Source: the human T2T-CHM13v2.0 reference genome, Homo sapiens. From it: 64,000 nt of DNA. Under the pieces are notes generated by a model. It did not search any database. It saw only the letters and a program-made list of their open reading frames with translations, and was not told where the DNA came from. The translations under genes and the position numbers were made by a program. This document shows, in pieces, positions 1-16,740 of this stretch. How positions within the stretch are numbered: position 1 is the first letter of the stretch; each line of letters starts with the position of its first letter. The stretch is taken from assembly GCF_009914755.1 (NCBI RefSeq), contig NC_060935.1. One strand, given 5' to 3'.

Positions 1-468
1 GTTTTCAAATAATTTCCAAAACAACCAAAGCTCCTCTTTCAATACATATTTTGAGAGTAGTTCAAGGGAAACTCAAAAAGAGATAAATGAAATAGATGAC
101 GACCAAAGTGTTATATTTTTTCCTGGACAGTGTAACAAGAATGATACCTCAATGTTATTGCTCTGGGGGAGGACAAAGACACTGAAAAGACAGAGAATGA
201 TAAGCATAATCTACAGAATGTTTGAGAGAAGTAAAAGAGAAACAGTTATTTTATTTCATATATCCTGGGTGGATTTTATATATTAGAATATTGGAATTAG
301 AGGGCAGATATTTACAAAAGCTTCCTAGATGAATCTGATGCTTCCCATAGACTCTTAGAGAAACCCTTACTTAAGCAGCAAGCAATTGCTTTACATTTAC
401 TCCACTCATAGTATTTGGTATCATAAACAGTATCATTACCATCCCTTGTAACATATACAAAGTTCTGA

Positions 469-771
<303 letters not shown>

Positions 772-1446
772 CTCTGATCCTTCTTTAAATCAAAACCATT
801 AGAATTTGAACTGCAAAATTAAGGGATACACCTTTTTAATGCTTTTAATACACGCTGCCAATTGCCCTCTAAAAATATATTTATTAATTACAAACCCAAC
901 TGTAGGCTAGGAGTGCCTGTTTCCCAAAAACTCAGACTAAATTTTGTAAATTTTCATTATTTTTTATAAGTAGGATGGGGTATTATTTCATATGTCTGTT
1001 ACTTTTAATTCTTCTGTGACCTTTCTGTTTATAATCATTACCCATTTCTATAGAGTATTTTTAATTCATATGTGTAATTTAGATAGACCTACATTTGCTT
1101 AAACTTTACTTTCCTCATAAGCTTGTAATGCCACCTTTATTATCTGCAGGTTCTTATATATTGCAAGGTCATTTACAGGGCTTTTTACTGACTTTGTCCC
1201 TTGGTTCAATGTGTTAGTCATTTTTGCAAGTAAGTCCCATTCTCTTTTAAGTTACTGAAGTTTAATTATTTTAATGTTTAGTAAGGCACATCCCTCCTTT
1301 TACTCCTCTTTTGAAATATGTACTTGGATGTACCCCAGACAAACTTTGGAATCACTTTGCTAAATTAAAAAAAACAAACAAAATAACCTGTCTGAGAACG
1401 TTGTTGAAATTGCAACACTCCTTAAAAATATATATATATATTGAGG

Positions 1447-1753
1447 GGTCAGGCATGGTGGCTAATGCCTGTAATCCAACACTTTGAAAGGCAGAGGTGG
1501 AAGGAGTACTTGAGCCCAGGAGTCTGAGACCAGCCTGGACAACATATTGAAACCTTGACCTTACGAAAAAATAAATACAATTAAAAAAAATAAAATTAGG
1601 CATGGTGGTGTGTGTTCGTGATCCTAGCTACTAGGGAGGCTGAAGTGGGAGGATCACTTGAGCCTGGGAGGTCAAGGTTGCGGCTGCATTGAGCTGTAAT
1701 CTTATCACTGTATTCCAGCCTGGATGAGAGAGAAAGACCCTGTCTCAAAAAAA
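1447..1753 (+). mobile_element. Alu (AluJ-like)
   Basis: Alu dimer with ggaggatcacttgagcc and a short A tail. Confidence 0.9.
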
Positions 1754-2044
1754 TATATATATAATAATTAAGGAAGAACTATATCTTTATAGTACACAGT
1801 CTTTATTCAAATCTCTACATATTTCTCTTAGTGAACATATATCTTTTGTCTCCAGATATTATATGTTTTGCTGCAATCGTAAGTGGTATATTTTTATTTT
1901 ATTCAATTTTTCAAACTAATTATAGTTAATAAAAGGATTATTTTTATATTTGATTTATATCCAATTACCTTTTCAACTCTTTTACTTGGTGTTAACACCA
2001 AATTTTTCCGTAATTCTCTTGGATTCTCTTAGAAACCTAATAAT

Positions 2045-2098
2045 TACCATTATTTCCAGAAAAAGTAGATATATCTACTTTTTCTGGAAATAATGGTA
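2045..2098. repeat. Perfect 54-bp palindrome with no spacer
   Basis: TACCATTATTTCCAGAAAAAGTAGATA followed directly by its exact reverse complement. Confidence 0.97.
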
Positions 2099-3913
2099 TT
2101 TTATTGTTGCACTTTTTCTAATAATTCCAAATGTTTCATTTTTTACTATATGTAAATATTGGTAGAATTAAAAATACTTTTGCTTTTTTCCTGATTTTCT
2201 TAGGAATACATCTAGTGTTTCACTCTTGAGTATAACCCCAATACTGGCTTTTATATTTTTTAATTCTACAATGTAAATAATTTTAATTTTTAGCTTATTT
2301 ACTCTGATTATTTTAAGTCAAAATTTGAGTTCATATTAGTAAGTGCCATTTTAAAATCAATTGAGATGAGAAAATTTATTCCTGTCATCTAATAACGGGA
2401 TACATTAATTATTTTAACAGATTGACCCATATTGAACTCTCCTTGAATTAGGAGGCTACATTTCACTATCAGAAATCAAACACTGGGGACTTATTCATTC
2501 ACTTGATTTGTCTAGTGCTTTAGTTTCTTACTGGTAAAAAGAAAAGGTAAAATAAAAGAGATATCTGTCTCCATGATTCATTTAAGAATTTCATGATTCT
2601 AACAATAAAACAGAAAAGCAAACTAGGTGTTATAATCTTGTTTAAACAAATTTTAAACAAAGCATAAAAAACACTGAAGATTAGGAAGGGCTTAAATTGT
2701 TTATGAGAGCAAATATAAAAGCTCAGGATTGAAGCTGATCTTTTTATTCCATTTGACAAAACTATACCTCAAGGATTTTAAAATAAGTATGTCAGATGCT
2801 CTAATTTTCCTTCAAGAATTCCTAAAATTGAAAAAGTGAGGTTTTTTAATGATTCCTCTATCTAAATAAAATAAAATTGCTCCCCACAAAATTGGCACCC
2901 TCATGTACTGATGTTAGTGAGTTGCCTTTCTGTACACCAATTTTTCATTCTTATGAAAAGCTTTAAAAGTGTTCTTACAATTTGACTCAGCTATTCTACA
3001 TCTAAGAATTTTTCCTTAGGACATCATTGAAAAAGCATGCAAAGACATATGGATGGGGGTGTTTGTTTCAAAATTGAAATACCAAAAAAAAAAAAAAACA
3101 AAACAAAATCTACCCAAAACATTTAGTAATATGGGTCTGGGAAAATAATGTATAAAAACCTATATTGCGATGTGCTGTGCCATCAGTAAAGAGAATAATA
3201 ACAGAATATTTATTAACGTAAAAATGTTCATAATATAAATTTAGGCAAAAAGTAAATTAAAAGTAATACTCTAATATGGTCCTATTTTGGTAAAATACAT
3301 ATGTATATAAGAGAGAAAAAATGATTTGGGGGTAGGAGGAGGGGAATTAGTGAAGAAGAGCAAGAAGGATTTAATCTATAAAAATACACTACATATGTAC
3401 AGTATTAATCTTTGGGTAGTGAGTAGACTTGTGAAATTTTAGGGTGTATGTATGTGTGTGCACAAAGGTTAAAAACTATAAAGACAGTTTCATTTAAGTA
3501 TATTATTTGGCAATTACTTTCAAAGCATATATACATATATATATATCTGTGTTTCTGTTAAATTTCACATCTGAACAAGTAGAACAATTGGAGATTCTTG
3601 AAGATTAGAGGAAATATATCTTATATTCCTTTTTTTGCTTTCTTTAACTAAAAAGTTTGTTCAGAAGCATCAACACTATAAATATTCTGAAAAACTGAAT
3701 GTGTCCATTAGAAAGGACATGTGAAAGTGCTCCTGATAATGTGTATCTGATTTTGCTCAAAATCTCTTAACTATAAGAATCAATATGAATGCAGATAATT
3801 TGTTATTTTAGCAGATGCAAACAAACAATTTCTCCAAAGTTTTGTATAGAACATCATGTTAATTTACAGCAAGACAAACTCATATCAGGAAAATAGCTTT
3901 AAAATAATTTTAA

Positions 3914-4938
3914 CAAAGGTTCCAAAATGGCCAAATAGGAACAGCTCCAGTCTACAGCTCTCAGTGTGAGCAACGCAGAGAAGGGTGATTTCTGCATTTC
4001 CAACTGAGGTACTGGGTTCATCTCACTAGGGCTTGTCAGACAGTGGGTACAGGACAGTGGGTACAGCCCACCGAGCATGAGCTGAAGCAGGGTGAGGCAT
4101 CGCCTCACCTGGGAAGCGCAAGGGGTCAAGGAATTCCCTTGGCTAGCCAAGGGAAGCTGTGACAGATGGCACCTGGAAAATTGGGTCACTCCTACCCTAA
4201 TACTGTGCTTTTCCAATGGTCTTAGCAAACGGCACACCAGGAGATTATATCCCACGCATGTCTCAGAGGGTCCCACACCCTCAGAACCTCACTCGTTGCT
4301 AGCACAGCAGTCTGAGATCGAAATGCAAGGCAGCAGCAAGGCTTGGGGAGGGGCGCCCACCATTGCTGAAGCTTGAGTAGGTAAACAAAGTGGCCTGGAT
4401 GCTCAAACTGGGTGGAGCCCACCACAGCTCAATGAGGACTGCCTGCCTCTGTAGACTCCACCTCGGGGGGCAGGGCATAGCCGAACAAAAGGCAGCAGAA
4501 ACCTCTGCAGACTTAAATATCCCTGTCTGACAGCTTTGAAGAGAGTAGTGGTTCTCCCAGCATGGAATTTGAGATCTGAGAACGGACAGACTGCCTCCTC
4601 AAGTAGGTCCCTGACCCCCGAGTAGCCTAACTAGGAGGCACTCCCCAGTAGGGGCAGACTGACACCCCACAGGGCCGAGTACCCCTCTGAGACAAAGCTT
4701 CCAGAGGAATGATCAGGCAGCAACATTTGCTATTCAGCAATATTCACTGTTCTGCAGCCTGCACTGCTGATACCCAGGCAAACAGCATCTGGAGTGGACC
4801 TCCAGCAAACTCCAACAGACCTGCAGCTGAGGGTCCTGACTGTTAGAAGGAAAACTAACAAACAGAAAAGACATCCACACCAAAACCTCATTCGCATGTC
4901 ACCATCATCAAAGACCAAAGATAGATAAAACCACAAAG
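3914..4938. promoter_or_regulatory. L1 5'UTR: sense promoter (YY1-like AAAATGGC near 3923) and antisense promoter region
   Basis: About 1025-bp 5'UTR with many CpGs decayed. Activity cannot be shown from sequence. Confidence 0.55.
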
Positions 4939-5952
4939 ATGGGGAAAAAAACAGAGCAGAAAAGCTGAAAATTCTAAAAATCAGAGCGCCTCTCCCCCTC
5001 CAAAGGAACGCAGCTCCTCACTAGCAATGGAACAAAGCTGCACAAAGAATGATTTTGACGAGTTGAGAGAAGAAGGCTTCAGATGATCAAACTTCTCTGA
5101 GCTAAAGGAGGAAGTTCGAACCCATTGCAAAGAAGCTAAAAACCTTGAAAAAAAATTAGACGAATGGCTAACTAGAATAACCAGTGTAGAGAAGTCCTTA
5201 AATGACCTGATGGAGCTGAAAACCATGGCACGAGAACTACGTGACGAATGACAAGCTTCAGTAGCCGATTCAATCAACTGGAAGAAAGGGTATCAGTGAT
5301 TGAAGATCAAATGAATGAAATGAAGTGAGAAGAGTTTAGAGAGAAAAGAGTAAAAAGAAATGAACAAAGCCTCCAAGAATTATGGGACTATGTGAGAAGA
5401 CCAAAACTACGTCTGATTGGCGTACCTGAAAGTGACGGCGAGAATGGAACCAAGTTGGAAAACACCATGCAGGATATTATCCAGGAGAACTTCCCCAACC
5501 TAGTAAGGCAGGCCAATATTCAAATTCAGGAAATACAGAGAACGCCACAAAGATACTCCTCGAGAAGACCAACTCAAAGACACATAATTGTCAGATTCAC
5601 CAAAGTTGAAATAAAGGAAAAAATGTTAAGGGCAGCCAGAGAGAAAGGTGGGGTTGCCCACAAACGGAAGCCCATCAGACTAACAGCTGATCTCTCAGCA
5701 GAAACTCTACAAGCCAGAAGAGAGTGGGGGCCAACATTCAACATTCTTAAAGAAAAGAATTTTCAACCCAGAATTTCATATCCAACCAAACTAAGCTTCA
5801 TAAGTGAAGGAGAAACAAAATCCTTTACAGACAAGCAAATGCTGAGAGATTTTGGCACCACCAGGCCTCCCCTAAAAGAGCTCCTGAAGGAAGCACTAAA
5901 CATGGAAAGGAACAACCGGTACCAGCCACAGCAGAAACACACCAAATTGTAA
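4939..5952 (+). pseudogene. L1 ORF1p, disrupted
   Basis: ATG at 4939 is followed by an extra A (7 A instead of 6) and several premature TGA codons. The C-terminal half is still open (ORF 5392..5952). Confidence 0.9.
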
Positions 5953-6014
5953 AGACCATCGATGCTAGAAGAAACTGCATCAACTAATGAGCAAAATAAC
6001 CAGCTAACATCATA

Positions 6015-9822
<3,808 letters not shown>

Positions 9823-10459
9823 ACAATGAGAACACTTGGACACAGGAAGGGGAACATCACACACCGGGGCCTGTTGTGGGGTTGGGAGAGGGGGAGGGAC
9901 AGCATTAGGAGATATACCTAATGTAAATGATGAGTTAATGGGTGCGGCACACCAACATGGCACATGTATACATATGTAACAAACCTGCACATTATGCACA
10001 TGTACCCTAGAACTTAAAGTATAATAATAAAAAAATAAATAAAATAAAATAAAATCACAATGTTAAATCTTAAAAATAATGAAATAATAAAATAAAATAA
10101 TTTTAAGTCACATATTCCTAGGAATTTCTAAGGTCCCCATATGTACACATTGATTTCAATCCCGTGTCCCATAGAGATACACTATCCTTCAAAAGATACT
10201 CAAATTCTGAAGAACTCTAATTCTTTTGATCATCAAATGCAGTCTCCATACACAATTTCTTACCAATCCAGAAAATTTGCTAATACAAGAGAACTTTCAG
10301 AAACAAGAAGTCATGTATAGAAACAGCTATACTTCACTCTTACTTACCCAGAATAGTCCATTAACCAGGACACTACAATGGTTAAACATTTTGATTACTC
10401 AAGACTTTTTCTAAATAACCTGACAGATACACATCAAAATAATTGATTCTGACACTTAC

Positions 10460-10532
10460 CTTATTGCATATGTAGAGGCTGTGATCATGAGGAATAGCAC
10501 CACCACCATGCAGACCCCTGTCAGGCCAGGAA
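10460..10532 (-). CDS. NOX4: NOX4 coding exon (exon 7), 73 nt: (V)PGLTGVCMVVVLFLMITASTYAIR; transmembrane helix
   Basis: tttttatag|TTCCTG...AATAAG|gtaagt; NOX-family GLTG motif. Confidence 0.97.
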
Positions 10533-10694
10533 CTATAAAAATGTATACAAGTAGGTTTTTACTTAAATCATAGTGAGAAAAAAATACAAAAAATGATTAT
10601 ATTAGAATCCGAAATACTGTGCTGTTCTGTGGGAAGCCTAATTCAAATCCCACATCTACATGTATGTTCTCCCTCAAACAAGCCCTTTACTTTT

Positions 10695-10945
10695 TAATTT
10701 TTTAAATTAATTTTTGATTGACAGATAATAATTATACATAGCTATGGAGTACATAGTGATGTTTCCATACATATAAAGTAAAAGTGATCAGATCAGAGTA
10801 ATTAGCATATCCATCCATCATCTCAAACATTTATTATTACTTTGTGTTGGGAACATTCAATATCCTTCTTCTAGCTATTTGAAAGCATATAATACATTAT
10901 TGCTTACTATAGTCATTCTACAGTGGTACAGAACACCAGAACTTA
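10695..10945 (-). mobile_element. L1MA-type 3' end fragment
   Basis: ...gtgatcagatcagagtaattagcatatccat...ctagctattt motif. Confidence 0.75.
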
Positions 10946-12249
10946 TTAAAATCAGTACAGTTTCAAAGTCGTTTAGACCAATCAGGATCTTTTATCTATT
11001 TTACAGAATATTCCATTTTTTTTAATTCCCAAATATTCTACTCAGAATGGCAAATAGGTACTTACTTCTAAAAGTATACACTAAACATCAGTAATTAATG
11101 CAACAGGACAGGGTTAACTTTCAGCACTCTTTCTGTTTTGGTTTTAAACACCATAGTACTAAATCTCCCTCATGCTCTCCTTCCTCTTATGAAACTAAGC
11201 AGTGCCTTCAGTTTCAATTTCAATTAACTGCTTTTAGGCTTCACTAACTAGAATAATTTTAAACAAAAAATAAAGCCTAAAGTGTTTTCAAAAATCACAA
11301 AACACAGAACAAAAATTGGAGGTTTCTAGAATAAACTACAATGTTGATGTTTTAAAAATACTTGCAGACATATTTCTCCTTAGTATGAAAAATATGTTGA
11401 AATCAAGTGCTTCAGATATGGCATAACATTTGTTTTTTTAAAATAATAAAATGTGCAAATATATTGTCAAAATTATAATGGCAGGATAGATTGCTACAAA
11501 TCCAACATTAGCACATATAGCATGTCCAAAATGAATAGCTAACTGAAAAACAATATCCTAAACAGCTAAAGTGTCAATGGTCTCCTTTAGTATTGTATTA
11601 TTACAAAATTAAATATCCTGTCAATAAGTTACATTTGTTTACTCTCACAAGCAACAGTAAGTCCTGAATATCCCATCTGAGATAATCTTAAATCAGACTA
11701 CAAAGAAAAGCTATTGGGACAATTCCATCTGGAAAAGTGACATTCCTCTGCTTCTTTCCTTGTCAAGAAAACTACTATGAAATAGAAGGTCTGTCATAGA
11801 CTATGAGCCACCAGCAGAAGCAGACACCTTGTGTACAATGTAAGAGCAACACAGGTGTGTATCATTAGGATTCCAGAGTTAGAATCACTGGAAAATAACA
11901 GCATTCGAAATCTCAGTACAGTAGAAACAAATTTCACTTATAAAGCACCACATGAAAAATAAGAGAATTAGTCTATGGGTTCTCAGCACTTGAGTACTCG
12001 CACCTCCTCACTTTCCCAGTAGACAGTTTTAGAAGCCTAACAAAAGGTGCCCTTCCCTAATGTACCTAATCCAAATCATTTCTTCTTTACGCTTCCTTCC
12101 TAGAGGAAAAGTACTTCCTTTTTCATGATTTTTCCATTTCCTACAGTGAGTGCTTACTTCCCAGTTGTAAGAGATGAGTAAGATAACTAGTCTAGTTCAC
12201 TCTAAAGAACTAGCAGCATGAAAAATACACTATTTTGGAAAAATAGCAT

Positions 12250-12820
12250 GCCTGCAAAGTAACCCAGCCATTGCACTTCCAAGTGTTTACCCAAAAGAAA
12301 CAAACATATATCCATGCAAAGACTTGTTTAAGAATGTTCATAGCTACTTATTTTTAACAGTCAAAGTCTATAAACGACTCTGATATTCATCAACAGATTA
12401 ATGGATAAACAATTGTGGTACTTATCTGTACCTGGAAAATTAATCAGCAATAAAAAAAAAATAAAGTGTTGATAGATAAGCAACAATATACATGAATCAC
12501 AAAATTGTTAGACTGAATAAAAGAAGCTAAACCACTCCAGTCCTGAAAAAGTACAAATTCTATGATTCCTTGTATATAACATTCCAGAAAATTCACACTA
12601 TTCTTCAGTGATAGAAAGCAGATCAGTTGCTAGGAGGGGTAGAGGGCAAGATGCGTTATAAAAGAGCACAAAAATATTCTGTGATAATAAAAATATTTAT
12701 CATCTAACTTTTGATGATGGTTCCACTATTGTGTATGTATGTGTATATATGTATGTATCAAAACCAATCAAATTGTATACATGTGTATAATTAGTGTACT
12801 TCAATTATAATTTCATAAAT
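12250..12820 (+). mobile_element. Old L1 (L1MC/ME-type) 3' fragment
   Basis: acccagccattgcacttc...tacccaaaagaaa...gatagaaagcagatcag. Confidence 0.65.
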
Positions 12821-14756
12821 TTGAGAGAAAAAAGAAGAGGTCAGTCTCACTGTTTTCAAGTGTTAAAAAAGAAAACCTTTATTTGTCCACATGAATAACT
12901 AAATGATAGAATCCCAGATGGCTACATAGTGTGAAATTATAGTTAGAGGGGCCTTTCCAATATTTTATTGGGCCTTTATTAGTGTTCTTCTATGTCTGCA
13001 TACACTTTCCTATATAGTTTTGAACATGCCAAAATTAGTCATGGGATGTCTGCAAATTACTTCATCGAAAGAACACCTGGAAAAATGGAGTATGTTTAGA
13101 ATAGAGCCACAATTTCCAAAGTGTATTATTTGAAAATTAATTCCTTGAAATATTAGTTTCTATTACTAAAAATACTATAACCATTCCTTAAAAAGTCACA
13201 GGGTACATTAATGTATAAAAGTCTCTGAGAAGTATTAAATTCAAGAAACCTGATTAAACTTAAATATTTTCTTAAACTTATTAGATCAGAGTATTGCTTT
13301 TAGGTCAGAACATGAAAACATATTGGAAAGACTTAGAGGAAGTAAAATAGTTTACTTCAGTCATTTGAGGATAAAATAGAAGGGCCAGACGACCCAGCCA
13401 ATGATGTATATGGTCTGGGATTATACTCTTGTTACTGTCCCTTACACAAAACTCCAATCTCACTGAATCTCATCTGCAAACTAAGGAGAATAAATCTGAA
13501 GATTTTCCATGTTCCTTCAGATTTATAAAGTTATCTCTTTTATCTAAAGAATTTGTTTTTCCTTCTTATTTCTCAAAAGTAAAAAAGACCAAAGTGTACA
13601 ATTAATAAAGTAATAGATTTCAGATCAATGAAGAAGAACTTACAATTAGCAAGGGCAGAAAAGCATACTATAATCAGAGTGATCAAAAAGTCAGGGGTAA
13701 CTGTTATCTGGGATATTACAAGAAGATCTATGCATCAAATAAAAGAGTTAAACAAATGACTTTTATTCATTCAGTGAACAGTTTGTAGGCATATACAGTG
13801 TACTGTTAGATGTTAAATGCTAGAGATAAAATAAATTCTGCTCTACAAAAATTCCCAGTCCACTGGTGGAGACAGACAAGTTAAGCAGGAAATTGCAACA
13901 CACGGCATTAAGTGCTGTAAAGAGAGCTAAGCACTGAGTGCTTTCAGGGCACATCAAAGGGCACCCTAAGCTAGCCTTGGTTGACAGCTCAGCTAAATCC
14001 CAATATATTAGCCTTATTACAACACATTCCAAGAGTCTGAAAACACCGGCTGGAAATCACTGGGCTAGTCTAATCTCACCGGGCAAAGTTGCTTGTCCAA
14101 GTGAAGTACCTTGATTCTCCTGTGAATTTTTTTAGTCCTTCAAGTTAGGAAGCCAAACCTATACTTGTTTCCTTAGCAAAATACATGTTTACATGTTTAT
14201 TCTTATGGCTTTATATTTATGCATATTAAATTTATTAATTAGTAGCTTTTAAAATGAATAATTGCATGACATTGTAATTTCTAGATGAACCTGAGAGATT
14301 GTTTTCATCCATACCCAGATGTGGTCAGAAATATACCATTATCTATTCATTATCCTATTTTACTAACATAATTGGAAACATAATTATATTTGTTTCTGAG
14401 GGTTTTTAAAATTAAAGTTAGATATTATCCATTTTATTCTCACCATAAAAGCTACTACCAAATTTGGAGATATATAGTAAGCATTTTTAAATGAACATTT
14501 AAATAATTCAATCTATTAATCTTACCTTAGAAATCCTTAATTGGAATGTTTATAACATTTCTTATGTAGTAAGTTTAGCCACTATATTTTATGTCACTTG
14601 TATAACCAAAGACTTTATTTTTTACAAGACAATCTTAATTTGTCAATACTAGATTCCATTGAAAAAAATTCCAACACACAGAGATAGAAGACTCTATGTA
14701 ATATTAAACAAACAAAAATCCATGAAATCTATTAACTAATAAAAATACTCTTTATC

Positions 14757-14950
14757 AGCTGGGCGCAGTGGCTCACGCCTGTAATCTGAGCACTTTGGGA
14801 GGCTGAGGCAAGCAGATCATGAGGTCAAGAGTTCAAGACCAGCCTGGCCAACATAGTGAAACTCCATCTCTACTAAAAAAAAAATACAAAAAACTTAGCC
14901 GGGCATGGTGACGGGCACCTGTAATCCCAGTTACTTGGGAGGCTGAGGCA
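14757..14950 (+). mobile_element. Alu (AluS), 3'-truncated in the right arm, no A tail
   Basis: Left arm and linker present; ends abruptly at ggaggctgaggca. Confidence 0.9.
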
Positions 14951-15454
14951 ATGTTTCCTAGATGCTGTGCCTGAGAACATTCAGAGATGGCTGTGGAATA
15001 GTTTTAGTCAACATTAGTGATACAAAGTTGGATTCAGTTCATTGATAGAAAAAGGTGTCTTTCATGCCATTACCATCCTTAGACTCTACTTTGCACTGTC
15101 ACCTGCTAGTCTTCAGTGGGGACAAACAGATGCCTTAGGAGCTCCAGACTCACGCTTAGGGAGCCCTGTGTCTGAGCCCAGTTCCAGACTGATGACCTGG
15201 GAAGTGGATGCCTCCTGCTGGCCAGCATAGTACTTCTTTTCTTGAAATTATGTGAGAATGGGCCACCAAAATGGTGCTAATTTGCTGAATTGGGTGAGTC
15301 AAATTGTTTTTATTGCCAGAGGCCATAAAAAAATGTTTACCTAGGACCCTGCATACTCTAGAAGCAGCCCTTCCCAACCCAAGAGAAGCTCACCTACAAG
15401 TGGAAAAGACAGTACATGTAAGGAAATAAACTATTCTACAACACAGTATTTTTA

Positions 15455-15604
15455 CAGTCATCCTTCAATATCCATGCGATTGGTTCCAGGACCCCTCACA
15501 GATACCAAGTTTGAGAATGCTCAAGTATTTATACATAACATGTGCACATCCTCTCACATACTTTAAATTATCTCTCGGTTACTTACAATAAATACCTAAT
15601 ACAA
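15455..15604 (+). mobile_element. MER2 (TcMar-Tigger MITE), partial
   Basis: ta-cagtcatccttc...gattggttccaggacccc...gcacatcctc...atactttaaa. Confidence 0.8.
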
Positions 15605-15864
15605 AAGGCAGGCAGTAGCGAGACGGTATGCTCAAGAGTATGATGAGATGTTCAGTAGTGACAGGACAGCAGCTCCCAAAGTACCTGGGAAGGTTAGTAA
15701 AACACTTTGCCAAGTCTTTCCCAGACACACACTAAGGTAGACCCAGGAAATTTGTATTAAGTGTCTTCTCTACTAAGTCCAACACCACTCATGGGGACCT
15801 CTGGGAAAGGACATAGGATGATAGGGTTGCATGCTAGGTAGTGAGATTACCTGCTTATAAGAAG

Positions 15865-16740
15865 TATTAGTTATTAGTATAATAATATTAGTATTATTAG
15901 TATATTAGTATAACATAGTAATATATTATTATTATATATAATATATAATAATATATATACTACATATAAAATATTTTGAGATGTTAAACTTGCTTATATA
16001 TAGTATATATCATTATATACTATATATACTATATATTATATAATATATATAATATATAATATATAATTATAATATAAATAATATATAATATATAATTATA
16101 ATATAATATATACTATGTATATTATATAATATACAGCATATATATTATATACTATATATACTATATAATATACAGCATATATATTATATACTATATATAC
16201 TATATATTACACACTATATATAATAATATACTATATATAATATAATATATACTATATATTATATACTGTATATAATACTATATATAATATATAGTATATA
16301 TTATATACTATATATAATACTCTATATAATATATACTATATATTATATACTATATATAATACTATAAATAATATATAATATACTATATATTATTATATTA
16401 TTATATCATATATACTATATATAATACTATATATAATATAATATAATATAATAATATAATAATATATAGTGTATAATATATAATATATTATATATTATAT
16501 ATAATATATAATATATTATATATTATATATATAATATATAATATATTATATATTATATATATAATATATAATATAAAATATATATAATAATATAATATAT
16601 ATTATTTTATATATAATAATATATAATATATAATTATATATTATATTATTAATATAATATTAGTAATATTAGTATAATCATAATAGTGCTAATAGTAACA
16701 ATACTAATAATAATACTACTAATAGTATAATAATATTAGT
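15865..16740. repeat. About 870-bp almost pure A/T low-complexity minisatellite island
   Basis: TATATAATA/TATACTA-type units; exact 30-bp period at 16501-16570. Confidence 0.95.

Larger units (their letters stand above)
800..2500 (-). mobile_element. Highly decayed old L1 (L1M type) fragments, interrupted by an Alu
   Basis: T-rich sequence with patchy similarity to reverse L1 ORF2/3' end; boundaries approximate. Confidence 0.5.

Noticed and set aside
14521-14530. Strong donor AAG|gtaaga as a cryptic exon end
   Set aside because: No convincing acceptor at exon distance upstream on the minus strand.
15865-16740. CRISPR-like or coding repeat array
   Set aside because: Low-complexity AT minisatellite with no repeat-spacer structure, in a eukaryotic context.
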